A stretch of 58,745 nt of DNA, the filler included. It is 3 parts of 3 records of this genome, joined end to end, with 100 filler letters (N's around TTAATTAATTAA, not from the genome) between each part and the next. Parts side by side here need not be neighbours in the genome. Positions count along the whole stretch, not along the records: positions 41,399 to 58,745 come from DRR723986_3468; 2 more parts are not named here. One strand, 5' to 3'. Numbering within the stretch: the stretch's first letter is position 1; every line of letters starts with the position of its first letter. Made by a program: the position numbers and the translations under genes. The notes under the pieces were generated by a model. It was not told where the DNA came from and did not search any database. It worked only from the letters and a program-made list of their open reading frames with translations. Of the stretch, positions 57,591-58,745 are shown one piece after another.

Positions 57591-58745
57591 ATGACTGTCG
57601 AGTATCTGAAGAAAGGGAAGCCGGAAGCGGACCGTGTCGAGGACGATGCCAAGGTGCGCGCCGTTGTCGAGGCAACCCTGAAGGATATCGAGGAACGCGG
57701 CGATGCTGCCGTGCGCGACCTCAGCGAGAAATTCGACAAGTATTCCCCGGCATCCTACCGCTTGTCGCAAGAGGAGATCGACAGTCTGATCGCCCAGCTG
57801 ACCGAGCAGGAACTGTCCGATATCAAATTCGCCCAGGCGCAAGTGGTCAATTTCGCAAAGGCCCAACGCGACAGCATGCTGGATATCGAAGTCGAGACGC
57901 TGCCGGGCGTCATTCTCGGCCACCGCAACCTGCCGGTTCAGTCCGTCGGCTGCTACGTGCCGGGCGGCAAGTTTCCGATGGTGGCCTCCGCACATATGTC
58001 CGTCGCAACAGCGAAGGTCGCCGGCGTTCCGCGCATCGTTGCCTGCACTCCGCCGTTCGACGGCAAGCCCAATCCCGCCGTGATCGCGGCCATGCACCTT
58101 GGCGGCGCGGACGAAATCTACGTGCTGGGCGGCATTCAGGCCGTCGGCGCGATGGCCATCGGCACGGAAACCATCGAGCCGGTGCACATGCTGGTTGGTC
58201 CGGGCAACGCCTTTGTTGCGGAAGCCAAGCGTCAGCTGTTCGGCCGCGTCGGCATCGATCTTTTTGCCGGACCGACGGAAACCATGGTGATCGCCGATGA
58301 AAGCGCCGCAGACGCGGAACTCTGCGCGACGGATCTGCTCGGCCAGGCCGAACACGGCTACAACAGCCCCTGCGTGCTGCTGACCAACAGCCGCAGGCTG
58401 GCGGAAGAAACCATGGCCGAAGTCGAACGGCTTCTCGCCATTCTGCCGACAGCGGGCACTGCCCGCGTGAGCTGGGAAGAATACGGCGAGGTGATCGTCT
58501 GCGATACCTACGAGGAAATGCTGAAGGTCGCCGACGACATTGCTTCCGAACATGTTCAGGTCATGACCGACCGCGACGACTGGTTCCTGGAGAACATGAC
58601 CTGTTATGGCGCGTTGTTCCTCGGCCCGCGGACAAATGTCTCAAACGGTGACAAGGTCATCGGCACCAACCACACGCTGCCGACCAAGAAGGCCGGCCGC
58701 TACACCGGCGGACTTTGGGTCGGCAAGTTCCTGAAAACCCACAGC
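57591..58745 (+). CDS. Second histidinol dehydrogenase-family protein (HpsN-like clade), 3'-truncated; absent from the supplied ORF track
   Basis: My translation from ATG 57591 (GAGGA RBS): [10 protein letters not shown]...[18 protein letters not shown]...[11 protein letters not shown]...AGPTE...QAEH...SEH...CYGALFLG...[13 protein letters not shown], open to the window end. Confidence 0.9.
   Translation, partial: MTVEYLKKGKPEADRVEDDAKVRAVVEATLKDIEERGDAAVRDLSEKFDKYSPASYRLSQEEIDSLIAQLTEQELSDIKFAQAQVVNFAKAQRDSMLDIEVETLPGVILGHRNLPVQSVGCYVPGGKFPMVASAHMSVATAKVAGVPRIVACTPPFDGKPNPAVIAAMHLGGADEIYVLGGIQAVGAMAIGTETIEPVHMLVGPGNAFVAEAKRQLFGRVGIDLFAGPTETMVIADESAADAELCATDLLGQAEHGYNSPCVLLTNSRRLAEETMAEVERLLAILPTAGTARVSWEEYGEVIVCDTYEEMLKVADDIASEHVQVMTDRDDWFLENMTCYGALFLGPRTNVSNGDKVIGTNHTLPTKKAGRYTGGLWVGKFLKTHS

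Noticed and set aside
56654-58553. 361-aa and 379-aa minus-strand ORFs
   Set aside because: Shadows of dctM and of the real plus-strand HisD-like gene starting at 57591.
20515-58745. Linking the imidazoleacetate-like cluster with the HisD-like genes into one histidine/imidazole pathway
   Set aside because: They lie on different contigs separated by artificial spacers, probably from different organisms.

Overview
The window is three unrelated contigs joined by 100-nt N spacers that each carry an artificial TTAATTAATTAA linker (26086-26185, 41299-41398). Contig 1 (1-26085, Rhodobacteraceae-like) starts at the 3' end of a tRNA-Ser that carries two tandem integrated elements. The first is a 5.77-kb P4-integrase/AlpA satellite-like element bounded by 14-bp direct repeats. 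The second is a ~14.5-kb defence island bracketed by two paralogous, apparently crippled tyrosine recombinases. It holds a tightly coupled seven-gene operon: hsdR, FRG, hsdM, NucS-type nuclease, hsdS, a small hypothetical gene and a PD-(D/E)XK-like protein. This operon is the best candidate for an undescribed defence system. A catabolic cluster follows (ArgE-like, LysR, DUF1028, RidA, two Rieske oxygenases) that resembles imidazoleacetate (hin) genes extended by putative N-demethylases. Contig 2 (26186-41298, gammaproteobacterial, Halieaceae-like by inference) has a collagen-like fibre plus IPTL-CTERM-like partner, YdcF, a diguanylate cyclase, LemA/HtpX, a molybdopterin oxidoreductase, a CP-ATP-grasp/alpha-E/Zn-peptidase/Anbu cluster and a tRNA-Leu 3' end. 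Contig 3 (41399-58745, alphaproteobacterial) has a LuxR-type ATPase fragment, an LRR protein and a LacI regulon marked by seven TGCAwnCGTwTGCA-like operators. That regulon contains two non-canonical HisD/HpsN-like dehydrogenases, an amidase with a small partner, a double-SnoaL protein, a sugar-type ABC transporter and a TRAP transporter. All family assignments come from motif recognition by eye; no searches were run.
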